In this document: piece after piece, positions 38,866 to 51,299 of the stretch
How the letters are laid out: the number at the start of each line of letters is the position of its first letter
Numbering within the stretch: the first letter of the stretch is position 1
Assembly (NCBI RefSeq): GCF_018350175.1
Contig: NC_058368.1
Coordinates: 15,502,001-15,566,000 of the forward strand
Length of the DNA stretch: 64,000 bases
Direction: 5' to 3'
Origin: Felis catus
Lineage: Eukaryota
Notes under the pieces: model-generated
Databases searched by the model: none
Told to the model about the DNA's origin: nothing
What the model saw: only the letters and a program-made list of their open reading frames with translations
Made by a program: the position numbers and the translations under genes

Positions 38866-39957
38866 CTGTATTTATTTCCTCCATTGGCTTAACTAGGAAC
38901 AAAATGTTCATTTGTGGTTTATAATCCCAACTGCCTTTTAGCAGAGGGAGTAGCAAGCATTGACCTGATCCTGAAATCTGAAAAGGGCAGGGTCTTAAGG
39001 GAGAAGGAGGGCCAGTGCCTTGGTTGCATTTGGCTGTAATGTCAAAGCACTGCTACAAAACAAGTAAAAAAAAAAAACCTTACTAATAATGTCTGTGTTT
39101 TCCACTTGAAGATAACGTTAATGACAGGAATTTCTACTTGTGTTGGCTTTGGGAGCAAATTAGCCTGAAAAAATGGACGTACAATGAACATGTCTTTGTT
39201 GTTTGGGGTGCAGAAGGTATTTGCAGAGTCTGAGGCTCTTTGATAAGCACAATACAGCTCGTTTTTAACCTGACATGGAACTTTTATAATTTATTTCCAG
39301 ACAATGGTGATCAAGTACTTGGAAATGGTGAAGGAGGGGAGGCTGGTCTTTTATTAACCTGCAAAAATAAAGCGAAAAATTTATTCTTTCATAAAAGGGA
39401 AAGTAGGCTATCTTGACTGTTATATTGATAAATCCTTATTGTTTCTTTAATACGTAATTCTACATTTCAGAAGATAGGAAAATCTTAAGGGTGAATATAT
39501 ACCTCTGTTCATTTGGCATTTATTTAATGCCTTGAAATAACAGGCAATCACTGATATAAATGGATTGAGTTCTGAAAGTTTGTACTGTAGAAAATTTTCC
39601 ATAAAAATTATAAATGCCATTATAATAATATATATCCTATTATAATTATATATTATTGTAATTATATACATAATTACACTAATAATGGATTATATTTGTT
39701 TTTCTAACTACATCAAAATTAGCTAAAATACATGTTTTTGGAATCAACCTGCAAATAATCTAACCATTATTTATGGCACTATTTCCATGAGAAAGACAAT
39801 TAATGTTAGAAACCTATTTAAACCTACGATTGGAAAAAGTAGAGACTTTTAATACCTTCTACGACTCTGGAAAAAACAGATCAGGAATTTTTCTTTTGAC
39901 TGGCTCTGGTGGAAGAACTTTCTCTCCTTTGGCAGCTAGTTTTACAAAAGGAAGGGA

Positions 39958-39976
39958 ATTCGCCCCCTGGTGGTGA
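39958..39976 (-). promoter_or_regulatory. Candidate CTCF binding site
   Basis: Minus strand reads TCACCACCAGGGGGCGAAT; the 13-nt core equals the CTCF consensus CCACCAGGGGGCG. Confidence 0.7.
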
Positions 39977-41673
39977 TCACATACATGCATGAAATATTCA
40001 TAAACCAGTGTTTATATATTACAAACTGTTTATGTATTCCTTTTCTCCCCCACCATGGGATTTTTAAATACACCTTTATATCTCCCAAAACTTGTAGGGC
40101 ATTATCTTGCATATGGCAGACAATCTGAAAGTTTGCTGAATTAATTATTAAAGATACTGATTTTCCACTAAACATCAGACAAGAGTGAATGACTTATTTT
40201 TACAAGCTCTTAGCACAGAATCATAAGCAAAATTATTTTTCTTACAATATGAGGACACTACCATAGGAATTTTTTTAAAGTAGTTCATAGTAGTATCAAT
40301 AAATTTCTAACAAACTAGTTGTTAAGTTGAAACTTCTGTGCCCAGCTTTTTTAAGTGCCACCCCACCACCAAACACAAACACACACCCTACCTGTCAAAT
40401 TAATGTTTTAGTTAAACTGGTTCTCCTGTAATTCCCCAGATACAATTTTCACTGACCAACGCCCTCCCCCCCCCCCCCAACTGCCTTTAACTTGTAGTTA
40501 TCCTTTGGCCTTACCACCTAGAAAGGGATAATTTTTTTCTTTCCATATTGTTAAATCTCACGGTCTAACACTCTTACCCTCTGGCAATATGAATAGCCAT
40601 TCTGTCTTTTCTGAATATTGAAAACCTAGAACATGTAATGCTGGGGGCTGTTATCTCTCTTGTATTCAAAAACAAAAAAAACCCAAAAACAAAAAAACAA
40701 ACAAAAAAAAAACACCCTTCTGTATGAATTACCCTACCCAGACTATATAATTAGCACCTTCTTATATATCACCTTATCTTCAATTTTTTACCCATACAAT
40801 TCAAAACTTTATTATCCAATGTTGTGTTCAGATGTTTCTAAATTAAATTATAAGCTATTGTGTAGAAAACTTTTCTTACACTTCTACATTTATTCATTCA
40901 CTTCAGGAATTATGCCATTCATTCATTCATCACATAATTCACTCATTTGAATAATAAATATCTATGAAACATGAATGAGACACTATTGATGATGTCATTG
41001 GGTTCACTGCATCTAGTACGGGGCTATTATACATCATCTATGACATGGAAAGCTTGTTGCTATAAAACAACAACAATAACAAAAAAGTAACTGCAAAAAG
41101 ATGTTTCCCAGTGTTCTGATATGATGATCAAAGTTTTTCTGCCTCAGTTTAACATAATCTTATGTCTAGTTGAGATCTTACTTTGTGTGTGAACCAAATG
41201 GTATAGTGGGGGAAAACATGGACCCTGAGAAGGAAGTCCCTGAAAAAGTGCAACTTCTCACTGTAACACATGAGGCAATGTCACCTGCTAAGAAAGGAGG
41301 TCAGTATTTACGAAAAAGTGAATAAGCCCATGAAGAGAGAGACTGCCTCCTAGAATCACTTTGAGCATCTCACTCAGATTTGGGGACCAAAAGTATGCAA
41401 TAACAACCTGTGATTTCCTCCAGCAATATTCAGTACCTAGGTGTAGGGCAGAAAAGGTCCATTTTGCCTTTTAGACAAGGTCAGGACTTGGGAGGCTGAT
41501 ACCATTGGAGGAAAATAAGGCCCAGGCAAGAGAATAGTTGGAGAGATGTTTCTAGCCAAGGAAGAGGGGGAAGCAATGAAGGAACACAAGCTTGAGGAAC
41601 CAGGGAACTCAACAGGGCATGGTAGGTGAAAGTTGGATGACTAAGAAGCTGCAGTCAGAGACAGAGTTTAAAA

Positions 41674-41872
41674 TTTTTTTTTAATGTTTATTTATTTTTG
41701 AAAGAGATAGCGAGCAGGGAAGGGGCAGAGAGAGAGAGAGGGAGACACAGAATCTGAAGCAGGCTCAGAGCTGTCAGCACAGAACCTGACACAAGGCTAG
41801 GACTCAGAAACCGTGAGATTATGACCTGAGCTGAAGCCAGATGCTTAACTGACTGAGCCACCCAGGCGCCCC
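41674..41872 (-). mobile_element. Can-SINE (in L2-like sequence)
   Basis: Ends ctgagccacccaggcgcccc. Confidence 0.95.
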
Positions 41873-42421
41873 TAGCGACAATGTTTATATTGGAGTTTCC
41901 AACTTCAGGAATGATTAGTGAGGATGAGTTTGTGGATGGGTTGCTGACGTAGAATGGAAGTTAAGCTTTGTTCAGTTAAGGAGGTCAAGTTGAACCTTGA
42001 GAGACTGCTCACCAGAATGTTAATGTTATCTGTGATTATGGCAGGGGTTCTAGAAGTCATGACTCCTATGAGTTGGTGCCAAAATCTTCAATAAATGAAG
42101 GCTTATGGGATGGGAAGAGTGGTAGAACTACATGGTACAAAACTCAAAGAAGAGTCATCAGAAAAATGCAAAAGGGAATTCTGCCTGCTAGTGAAGTCTC
42201 ATTGGTTTATAGTTTTTTTCATTCTATGAAGCTGCTTTCCTTACTTATTTAACAAATCAGAAAACATAAGTGTGGTTGATATGTATTTGAAAAGTATACA
42301 AATTCAGGTGCAAATACTTGGAAAGGACCTACAGTTTTATTCTGTGATTTTTTTTTTAATTGAGAGACAATTTACCAGTCATGATGCATTTCCTATCTCA
42401 TTTAAAAATCACAAAAAACTA

Positions 42422-42596
42422 GGGGTACCTGGGTGGCTTAGTCGGTTGAGGGTCCAACTCTTGATTTCAGCTCAGGTCATGATCCCAGGGTCATGGGATC
42501 AAGTCCTGCATCGTGCTTCACACTGAGCTTGAAGCTGCTTGGGATTCTCTCTCTCTCTCCCTCTGTCCCTCTCCCCAACTCACGCTCTCTAAAATA

Positions 42597-42636
<40 letters not shown>
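42422..42636 (+). mobile_element. Older Can-SINE with (AAT)n tail
   Basis: Imperfect TSD aatcacaaaaaacta / aatcacacaaacta. Confidence 0.95.
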
Positions 42637-42638
<2 letters not shown>

Positions 42639-43645
42639 TCACACAAACTAACATTTTATTAATGCATTATACCTGATCAAAATCATATTCTGTTTTATCT
42701 ATGATACAGGTAGCATTTAAGTATTCTACTGGGAAACCTGTTTACAATGATTAAGCCCAAAATTAAATTTTTAAATGATTAGACATGAGGATGTTCTCCT
42801 TCTGTATCACTTCTCACCCAACTTAGAATATAAAGTACAAACCTTATTGCCACATAGCAAAGCTCCTTGAGAATCAGTCTTATTTCAAAACTGAGAAACT
42901 ATCATACTAAGTTTTTTAAACTTAAATTAAAATGATAGTATGGAACTCAAAGTGATAATATTAAATGCTAGGCATAAATCTTTCTCTTCATCAAATAAAT
43001 GAGGAAGTACAATCTATTGGTTAGAGCCTCATTGTAAGTAATCTCTATTTTGTAAGAGAGACCATGGAGAGGGTTATCACCCCCATCATTTATGCTCTTT
43101 TAAGTTCTCAAGAATATTGCTTGACTTGTCTAAATAATAATCAGGTTACTATTGAGAACTGTTTGTTCTCACCTAAACAATGACCAGGAATGATCAAGGC
43201 ATATAGCTACAATTCCAAGTGCATAAGACAGAAGAGGGAGGCAGTGAACCTCTTGATACGTTCACTTGATATGAAGTCAGGCATTTTGGTTGGGGATGAG
43301 CAGGTTTAGAAAGGAATGGGAGCAGGCAGGAGAAAGTGTTGCAAGTTGGTAGAGTTGGAATGGTGACCTGGTTCCAGTTAGTTCTCAAAATTTCTATAAG
43401 CCTATCCTGATGGGAACTTGAGCTTGTTAGGCCCTTAACTATACAAGAACACTTAGAAGAAACCTGGCCAGCCAAATCTTCCCAAGTAATAACCTTGTAC
43501 TCCTATGCCTCAGCCATATCCTCACCTCCATATTTGTTCCTCTAGAGAAACTCCACCTCATCCATCACATACCAACGAAATCATTGTGAGTAACTCGTGA
43601 ATTATGTCCTATGCATCCAAGATTAAAAATCTCTATTAGGCCTTA

Positions 43646-44520
43646 CCCTCACCAACATGAAATGGGGTGATGTTGGTGAAGCGTCCCCTGGTATCTTTAC
43701 TGTTTTTGAGAAGGCTAAGGTTCACTTGAAGGTGAAGCCACAAAAGCCCTCATCTTTGTACCTTGTGTTGATCCCTCATGTGCGCAATGGGAATTTTCAT
43801 GCGCAAGGAGAAACATGAGAACTCTCTCAAGATTGTAAGCAATGCCATCTGAACCCTAAGTATATGGCTCTCCTGGCCAACATCATCCATAAAAATTTCA
43901 AATCATGGAGAAACTCATAATCACAGTCTATGCCATCAATGCCACGAAGACACTGTGGGTGTCCCCTGTGGTGAACCATGATGTCATGGTGCTTCCCAGA
44001 GTATCATCCCCGTAACCAGGGGCACTTCCAAGAGTATGTCATGGATCCGACCTGCCATCTGAAGAAAGCTTCTAAGTTCAACGTCAAGAATGTGGTAGAT
44101 CAGGAGTTGGGGGGCCCTCTGAAGAAAGTCCTGAGCAATACTGAAGACTAGATTGTCTCCCATGATTAACAGAGTCACCCACTCCTCCACCTTGATGCAG
44201 GGCATTGCCCTCAATGACCACTTTGGTAAGCTTATTTTTAGGTATGAATGTGACTACAGCAAGAGGTGGTAGACCACTCATGGTCCATTAGGTTCCACAG
44301 AGTAAGAATCCCCTGGGCAACAAGCCAAATAGTCCTGAGGTAGAGAGCGACTCTCAGCTGCTGGGAAGTCCTTGACTCACATCCAATCCCCAATCCACTG
44401 AGAAACTCCCAACCCTTCACAGTTCCCATTCCAAGCCCCTGAAGAACCCTACCATATATATATACCTTGTCACATATGATCAGCACAATCAATATTATAC
44501 ACTGTGCCCAGAAAAGGAAA
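43646..44520 (+). pseudogene. GAPDH: GAPDH processed pseudogene, 5'-truncated and heavily decayed
   Basis: Intronless, collinear matches to GAPDH mRNA: aacatgaaatggggtgatg (IKWGD region), ctcaagattgtaagcaatgcc (LKIVSNA), cacagtctatgccatc, ggcattgccctcaatgaccacttt (GIALNDHF), gagtaag stop at 44303, GAPDH-like 3' UTR and an A-rich remnant; many stops and frameshifts. Confidence 0.93.
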
Positions 44521-45119
44521 ATCTACCAGTTCCCCATTAAGAATCACACCTAGGCTTTTTAGTATGGCATTTTGCTTCCTTATCAAGCTCTCAGATTACT
44601 TTTCTGTGCTCCACTCTAACCATTCATACAACCCAATATCCTGTACGTCAGCCATACTGGCCTTTTTGCTGCATTTTACTAACTCTGTTTTAGTGAATAC
44701 TGTTTCCTTTTCTTGAATGTTCTTTCTATGATCCTGGTCTACCTGACAAATGATAGATAATCTTGAGGTAATTGGTGTAACAGTGTCAAAGAAAAGTCAG
44801 AAGGGGCTATGGGAGAAAGGTCTCAATAATAAAGAGTTAGCAGCATGTTATTACTTATTGATGGAGCAAATCAGTGATGATCTTGGTTGTGAAATAGCTA
44901 CACATATGATGCTACTGAAGAGGCATGACCCAAATGTCACCTCTTCTCCATTGCTCTCCCCAGCCTCACTACCCACCTCCCGAGAAAAGGTCTTCGGCTA
45001 GAATTATTTTCCCTCTATTTTAATGAGAAAAGCATTTATGAGTTCCTTCATTTCTAAGCTTCTAATGAAGAAAATAAAGTTTCTTCATTTCTAAGTAAAC
45101 CTTAGTAAATCCCACTCCT

Positions 45120-45346
45120 GGGGCATCTGGGTGGCTCAGTCAGTTAAGTGTCCAACTCTTGATATCGGTTCAGGGCATGATTTCATGGTTGTGAGATCAA
45201 GTCCCACATCAGGCTCTGCACTGAGAATGGAGCCTCTAGGGATTCTCTTTCACCTTCTCTCTCTCTGCCCCTCCCCTCCCCTGCTCATGCCCATGACCAT
45301 ACTCTCTCTCACTTTCTCAAAATAAACATTAAAAAAATAATAATAA
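45120..45346 (+). mobile_element. Older Can-SINE
   Basis: TSD aatccca(c/t)tcct. Confidence 0.94.
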
Positions 45347-48300
45347 TAATCCCATTCCTTCCAGACTGTTCTCTGAGTCCTTCTTGCAACATTATATCTA
45401 TCCTTTCCCTTTTTATTGGAGTCTTCCAGTCTATCCACAAATATGCACAGATGCCTGTACCCTAAACCACTTAACTTTAGTGCCCTTCCAGCTAATATCA
45501 TATTTCTAACCTTCCACACCCAGCAATTCCAGTGGACAATATATTATTATTGCCTCCATTTTGTTATAAGGCATCTACTGCCCCTTTTAGGTTCTTTCTT
45601 CATCTTCTTCACTATTACCTCAGGTTATCTGATAACAACAACAAAAAATCCAGATACCAAATGCAGTGCCTTATTTTCAGTTTCCATTGAACATAGGTGA
45701 TCTATCCTAGTTCTTGAAATGATCTCCACCTAGTCTTTTGGGACATAACTCCTTTGCTTTCCTCCTATCCTTCTAAGCATACCTTTTCAGACTCTGTTCA
45801 CAGGCGTTCCTCCCTTCCTTCCTCCTTCATCCTAGATATGTCATTGATTCTCTTCTCTTTCATTAGATATTTCACTTTCACAACTTCAACCACCATTCCT
45901 GCATGGACTAGTCCTATATATAAGCCTTGACCTCTCTAACACATTCTGGCTCTGATTTCTGTCTGCATATGGGATGTGACCCCCTACAGATACCACCAAC
46001 ACCTGAAACAATATCCTTGCAACTAATTTTCATCACCTCTTCTTTTCCAAACATACCTTTATGTCTATCTGTTACATTTCCCTTCCAGCAGAACCACATT
46101 AAAACCATAAATAAGAGATAAAATGTCTCTTTTACTTTTAAAGGCTTTCAGAAATTATAATATCCTAAAACTTCTTTGGCAAACAAACTTTATAAACCAG
46201 GCTACAGAGAACTAAAGAGGAAATGATGTTTTTACACCTCAAGGTAGATACAATTCTGCAATTTAAGATAAAAAATGTCTCATTTTACAAAGGAAATCAC
46301 TTCTAGGGAAGCACATAAAGAGAGTTAGATGGATTCCTAAAAGACTAGAGAGGCTCAGGAGTACTTACCTTAGAGGAATCATTTATTTAAGATATAAGGC
46401 AAAAAGAGATCTTAGAAAAAATAAGATGCTATATGAATGCAAAGATTGGTTCTATTGAAATTATGTTAATTTAATTCATTTACTCCATGGGGATTATGCC
46501 ACTAAAGAGTTCAAAAGATTTAGTCATCTTCCTCTGTTACAGATTTATTTTAAATCCTTATGTTTTCAGCTGTCTACCTTTTGGTCTAGTGGCCTTTTGT
46601 ACAAAATATTCCCATTAGAAGAAATATTTCTGACTAACCCTTTAAAATATGAACAAAAGAGCATCTATTCTGAATTGCTAGCTGCTCTCTGAATAATAAA
46701 TCTTCCTACAGTTAAACACGGATAATTAAGGTCTGTTTTAGAGACTTGATTTCAGAGAAAGGAGGCTCAGTAATTAAAGTGAAAATGAAAAAAATGAAAA
46801 TGGAAACTGATCAGGAGTGAATTTCCATTTCCATTTAACAGAATCTCTCAGGCACTAAGTTTTATTAAAATTACCCAGGAGGCTACTCAAGCTATTTGCT
46901 TTCCAAATAACCTCTGATTTTGAATAAACAAAATGTAAGCTATGTTATTTTGGTTCTATAACAGAACTAGGAATGAAACGCAATTGAAAATTCAGGTTGC
47001 AGTGGAGGTTGAAAAAGATGAAAAAAAAAAGAGCAAAGATGTGCTGATCAGGAGTACCTGGCGAAGCCCCTCTGCTCCCTCCCCACAATAGCCTCTTCCG
47101 GGGAAAACCCCAGCCAGGAAAGGTCACTGCAGTTTTAAAGTTGCTGTTCCTTAAAGCCTATCTACCTCTTAACCTCCATGGCTGGCAAGGGACTGCTGAC
47201 CACCAAGGGGATGCTGCAGTCCTCCAGGACGGCCTCTTCCAGTCGAGGGTTGCAGACAGAACTAGCTTCAAAGATGCCCCGTATCTACTCGCGTGGTGTG
47301 ACAGTCAAGTATGTTCAACATCATGGTGGGTGTTAGTTCAGCCCCAACAACAGATGAGAAGCACTGAATGCTGCAGGTCTGGGAGAGAATCCCAAAACAC
47401 ATGAACCATCCTCTCTAAGAAAGTCTCAAAATCTCATGGAAACAAACAGGAGAGGACCAAAAGATGAAAGAAAATCTCACTTCTTTTTTCTAGGTTAATA
47501 ATGTTTACATTTCCAATTACAATTCAAAACATTCACACCAAACTAAAGTGATTAATTTATCTTATTTTTCACCTTCATAATATTTAAGTTCTACTTGAAA
47601 TGAATGGAAAACAGCTTAGCAAAAATAAACAAAACCAAAAATACTGATTGCCCAGTATTAAAGAGCTTCATTTTTCATATAACCTTTATTCCCCAAATTC
47701 TATTTAATGAAGAAACTAAAGTATTATGCCAATTCTCGTGGGTTTCAGACACTATGAAAAATCTAGAGATAATCAGAAAGGCCTATTATTAAGGGTCATG
47801 CATGGGAAAATTGGAGGGTGGGGGTCTCGTGCACTCCAGAGTGGTACCAACCAGCATTTTGCTACATGTTTGTGTAAGTGTTCAATCTGCTTGGTGATCA
47901 TGCACACTCTATGATAACCACTATCTTTGTATTAATCATTTTGTCCAGATAGCTTTGAGGGTTATAAAGAAGTATCTTTCCAAATGATTTTTGTGTAACA
48001 GAAGGACTGTGCCCAAAACATTGGATCATTTATTTTTGTTCCATTATTTCCCCCATATATGCCAAACTCAATTGGATTAACATACTTGAAACTTCTCATA
48101 ATAGTAATTCATTTTTTAAAATATCTTAGCATTGCACATTACAGAATAGAATAGTATGACGACTAGAAGGCACAATTCCTGATGTGAAGAAAGTTTTACT
48201 TGGATAGGCAACCAGTCTTGAACAAAGGAAACAATTAGGAGATAATTTCACAATTATGAATTATGTACGTCTTAACATAAGCAAGTATATTATGACTTAA

Positions 48301-48370
48301 TATGAACAATTAAGGTCACTGTCATATTTTCTTGGATTTACTTCTAATTCTTTATATGTTTTTCTTTTTT

Positions 48371-48593
48371 TTTTTTTAATTTTTTTTTCAACGTTTTTAT
48401 TTATTTTTGGGACAGAGAGAGACAGAGCATGAATGGGGGAGGGGCAGAGAGAGAGGGAGACACAGAATCGGAAACAGGCTCCAGGCTCCGAGCCATCAGC
48501 CCAGAGCCCGACGCGGGGCTCGAACTCACGGTCCGAGAGATCATGACCTGGCTGAAGTCGGATGCCTAACCGACTGCGCCACCCAGGCGCCCC
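48371..48593 (-). mobile_element. Young Can-SINE (SINEC_Fc)
   Basis: CpG-rich; TSD tatgtttttctttttt. Confidence 0.97.
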
Positions 48594-48939
48594 TATGTTT
48601 TTCTTTTTTAAATGGCATGTTTTATTTAACCATATGTCTTAAAATTTATTTTTTATAGAATATGTATCTAGTACACTTGTTGATGTCCCTTATTAATTTT
48701 TCCCATTATCTTTATAAAGCTTTATTGAAACCTGTATGTCAAGGTGACAATAATACAGTGTTTGGAAAATAGTAACAAAAAAAGGGTATCCCAGAGTCAG
48801 GTTTACCAAATACATACTGGAAACCAGGGAGCATCTTCCTCCATTTCCCAGCAGGAAGAGAGGGCATAACAATGGCTTCTGCTGACTTATATGCCGTTAT
48901 TTTCTCTTTTTTAAATCATTATCTATGAGTAATTACAAC

Positions 48940-49900
48940 TTTATTCATATATCTTTAATACGTTTTTTCTTATTTTTCAACTGGGACCTCCAATTCAATG
49001 TTGAAATGATATAGCAGGCATCCTCGTGTCACGCCAATTTTAAAGGAGATGATGTTTCTAATAATGTACCAGTAAGGATGATATTTGCTGTAAGTTTTTG
49101 GTAAATACATTTTAGGTATTTTTCATTTACTGTGATAACTTTTAATAAAAACATTTACAAACAGCTTAAAACTGTCATGAAACAATTTATATTTACCCAT
49201 ATGTTAATTTGCTCATCATTCCTTCTTGTGTTGCACACACATCTTGCTTTTTTCTTCTTCCCCAAGTGAGTCCTTTAGAAGCTCCTTTGAAGAGTGCCTA
49301 CTGGTAATACACTCTCAATATTTCTTAGCTGAAAATGTCTTTATTTTGCCCTTACGCTTGCCTGAAGTTTTAACTAGGTATGTGTTACCGTATTGACAGT
49401 TCTTTTCTTTCAGCATTTTGAAAATATTATCCATTTAGGGCCTCTCTCCATTGTTGATGTTGAAAAGTCAGCCCTCGCATTACTACTGCCGCCCAAAAGT
49501 ATGGTCTACGGAGCTTGTCAGATGTGTGGATCTCAGATCCCATCCTAGACCAATTGAATCAGAACTCTGAAATGGTGGAGACACTTCTCCATGCTTACTT
49601 ACTAACTTTACAGGTGATTCGGGGGCTCATTAGAGGTTGAGAACCTAAGAGTAATTTGTGTATAGGCAACTTGATCTCTTCCTACTTTTAAGATCTTCAA
49701 GACATTATGATATATCTAGACATAGATTTATTTTATTTATTATGCGTGGGAATTTTTACTTCTTGCATCTAAAGATTCACATCTTTCAATAATTCTGGGA
49801 AATCATCAGCCATTATCTCACCAAATATTTTCTCCTTCTATAACTCCAATAACGTGTGTTTTAAACATTTTCATTTTTACTTTCCTATAGTTTTTAATGT
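48940..49900 (-). mobile_element. Old L1M fragments (ORF2 and ORF1 region), with a MER5-like insert at about 49485-49646
   Basis: gatatttgctgtaagtttttggtaaatac, ctgaaaatgtctttattttgcc and ttctttcagcattttgaaaatattatcca. Confidence 0.65.
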
Positions 49901-50301
49901 AGATCTCTACATATTAATATCTCTAATGTTTTCATAGGAAAACAATTTCTGAATAGGGGTATCTGTAAATGACTACATCTGCAGAAATTTAATTCAACAA
50001 CTTACACAACGGATGCTGAGTGACCCACACACACACTTCTAATCTCCGAGTTGGGAAATAACTTTCCACTAAAATAGTATAGCATTTTACAATTACTGCA
50101 GTACCTTAAAGCTTAATCAAAACAGCACCACCAAAAACTACACTGTAAAATGGAACGACTGAGACCCTTCTATTGTTTGTTTATGAAGTAAAATCTCTTA
50201 GAAAACATTCAAGACAAGTTGATACTTCATTTTCATATCACAGTGTGTTCTTTTACAAAAAGGTACCCACGTATCATATCTTTGTCAAAAAGGAGTAACT
50301 T

Positions 50302-50436
50302 ATTTTTTTTTTTTAAGTAGGCTTCACATCCAGTGTGGAGCCCAATGCAGGGTTTGAACTCATGGCCCAGAGAGACCAACACTTGAGCTGAGATCAAGAG
50401 CCAGATGCCCAACTGACTACACCACCCAGCCACCCT
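50302..50436 (-). mobile_element. Short Can-SINE lacking the CT segment (SINEC_c-like)
   Basis: Poly-T directly followed by aagtaggcttc...gagctgagatcaagag; imperfect TSD agtaa(c/a)ttattttt. Confidence 0.85.
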
Positions 50437-51299
50437 TGCAGTAAATTATTTTTAAAATACTTCTCAGTGAAGAAAACAGCCAAGCTAAGAAAAAAAAATC
50501 CAAGATATTTTCCTATGACTTTAAAATTCATTTCATTAATAGTTGTATTCATAGACTCCACAGAAAATCTGTTTCCTGATATTTCAGGGACCTTTCATCA
50601 AATGTGGTGATTCAATGACTTTCACAGAAAAGAATGTCAGCAGTTTTAGAATGCCAGAACAATAGCTTCATCTGAACCTCTCAGTGCTTCCCCTCCACTC
50701 GAAAACATGAGGACAAAGAGCTTGAGCAGAAATAAAACCAGGCATAGAACCTAATGGGGGAGGGGGCATATTCTTCTTTAACATGCTGATGGATAAATAG
50801 GAAATTTAAAACTTGATTTGTTTTAAAAGCTAATGCTTTCGAGACTAATTATCTGTAATGACAATATGTCTGTGTGCTATGTAAATAAGAACCTACAATG
50901 AGACACATCTGTCATAATGAAATGTGACACAGGAGAGATTAGACTAAAGCTTTCCTTACAGTGAGCTTTTAGACAAACTTTTTCTCTGATTAATAAAATG
51001 TCCCATTGTTTGAGACACTTGCAGTAAGATGTGGATGGAAATAGGATTGGATTATTATAGGAATTTTTGTGGATGAGTTATGCAGATTTGATCTGATTAG
51101 TTCATTTGTGCTCAGCAGAGGCAATGATTGCTCCCTCTCAGTCAGCCATTGCCATGTTCTTCAGAAAGGCACAGGATCCTCTGGGAGCTGAAGTCTGGTA
51201 CCTGACATTAATGTATGGGCTTGTTTACATCAAGAAGCTCATTCAGAAGAAATTCTTTTTTCTCTCTCTCTCTCTCTTCATCTAGAGACCATCATAAAA

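Noticed and set aside
39600..39690. AT-rich quasi-palindrome
   Set aside because: Low-complexity TA sequence gives such symmetry by chance
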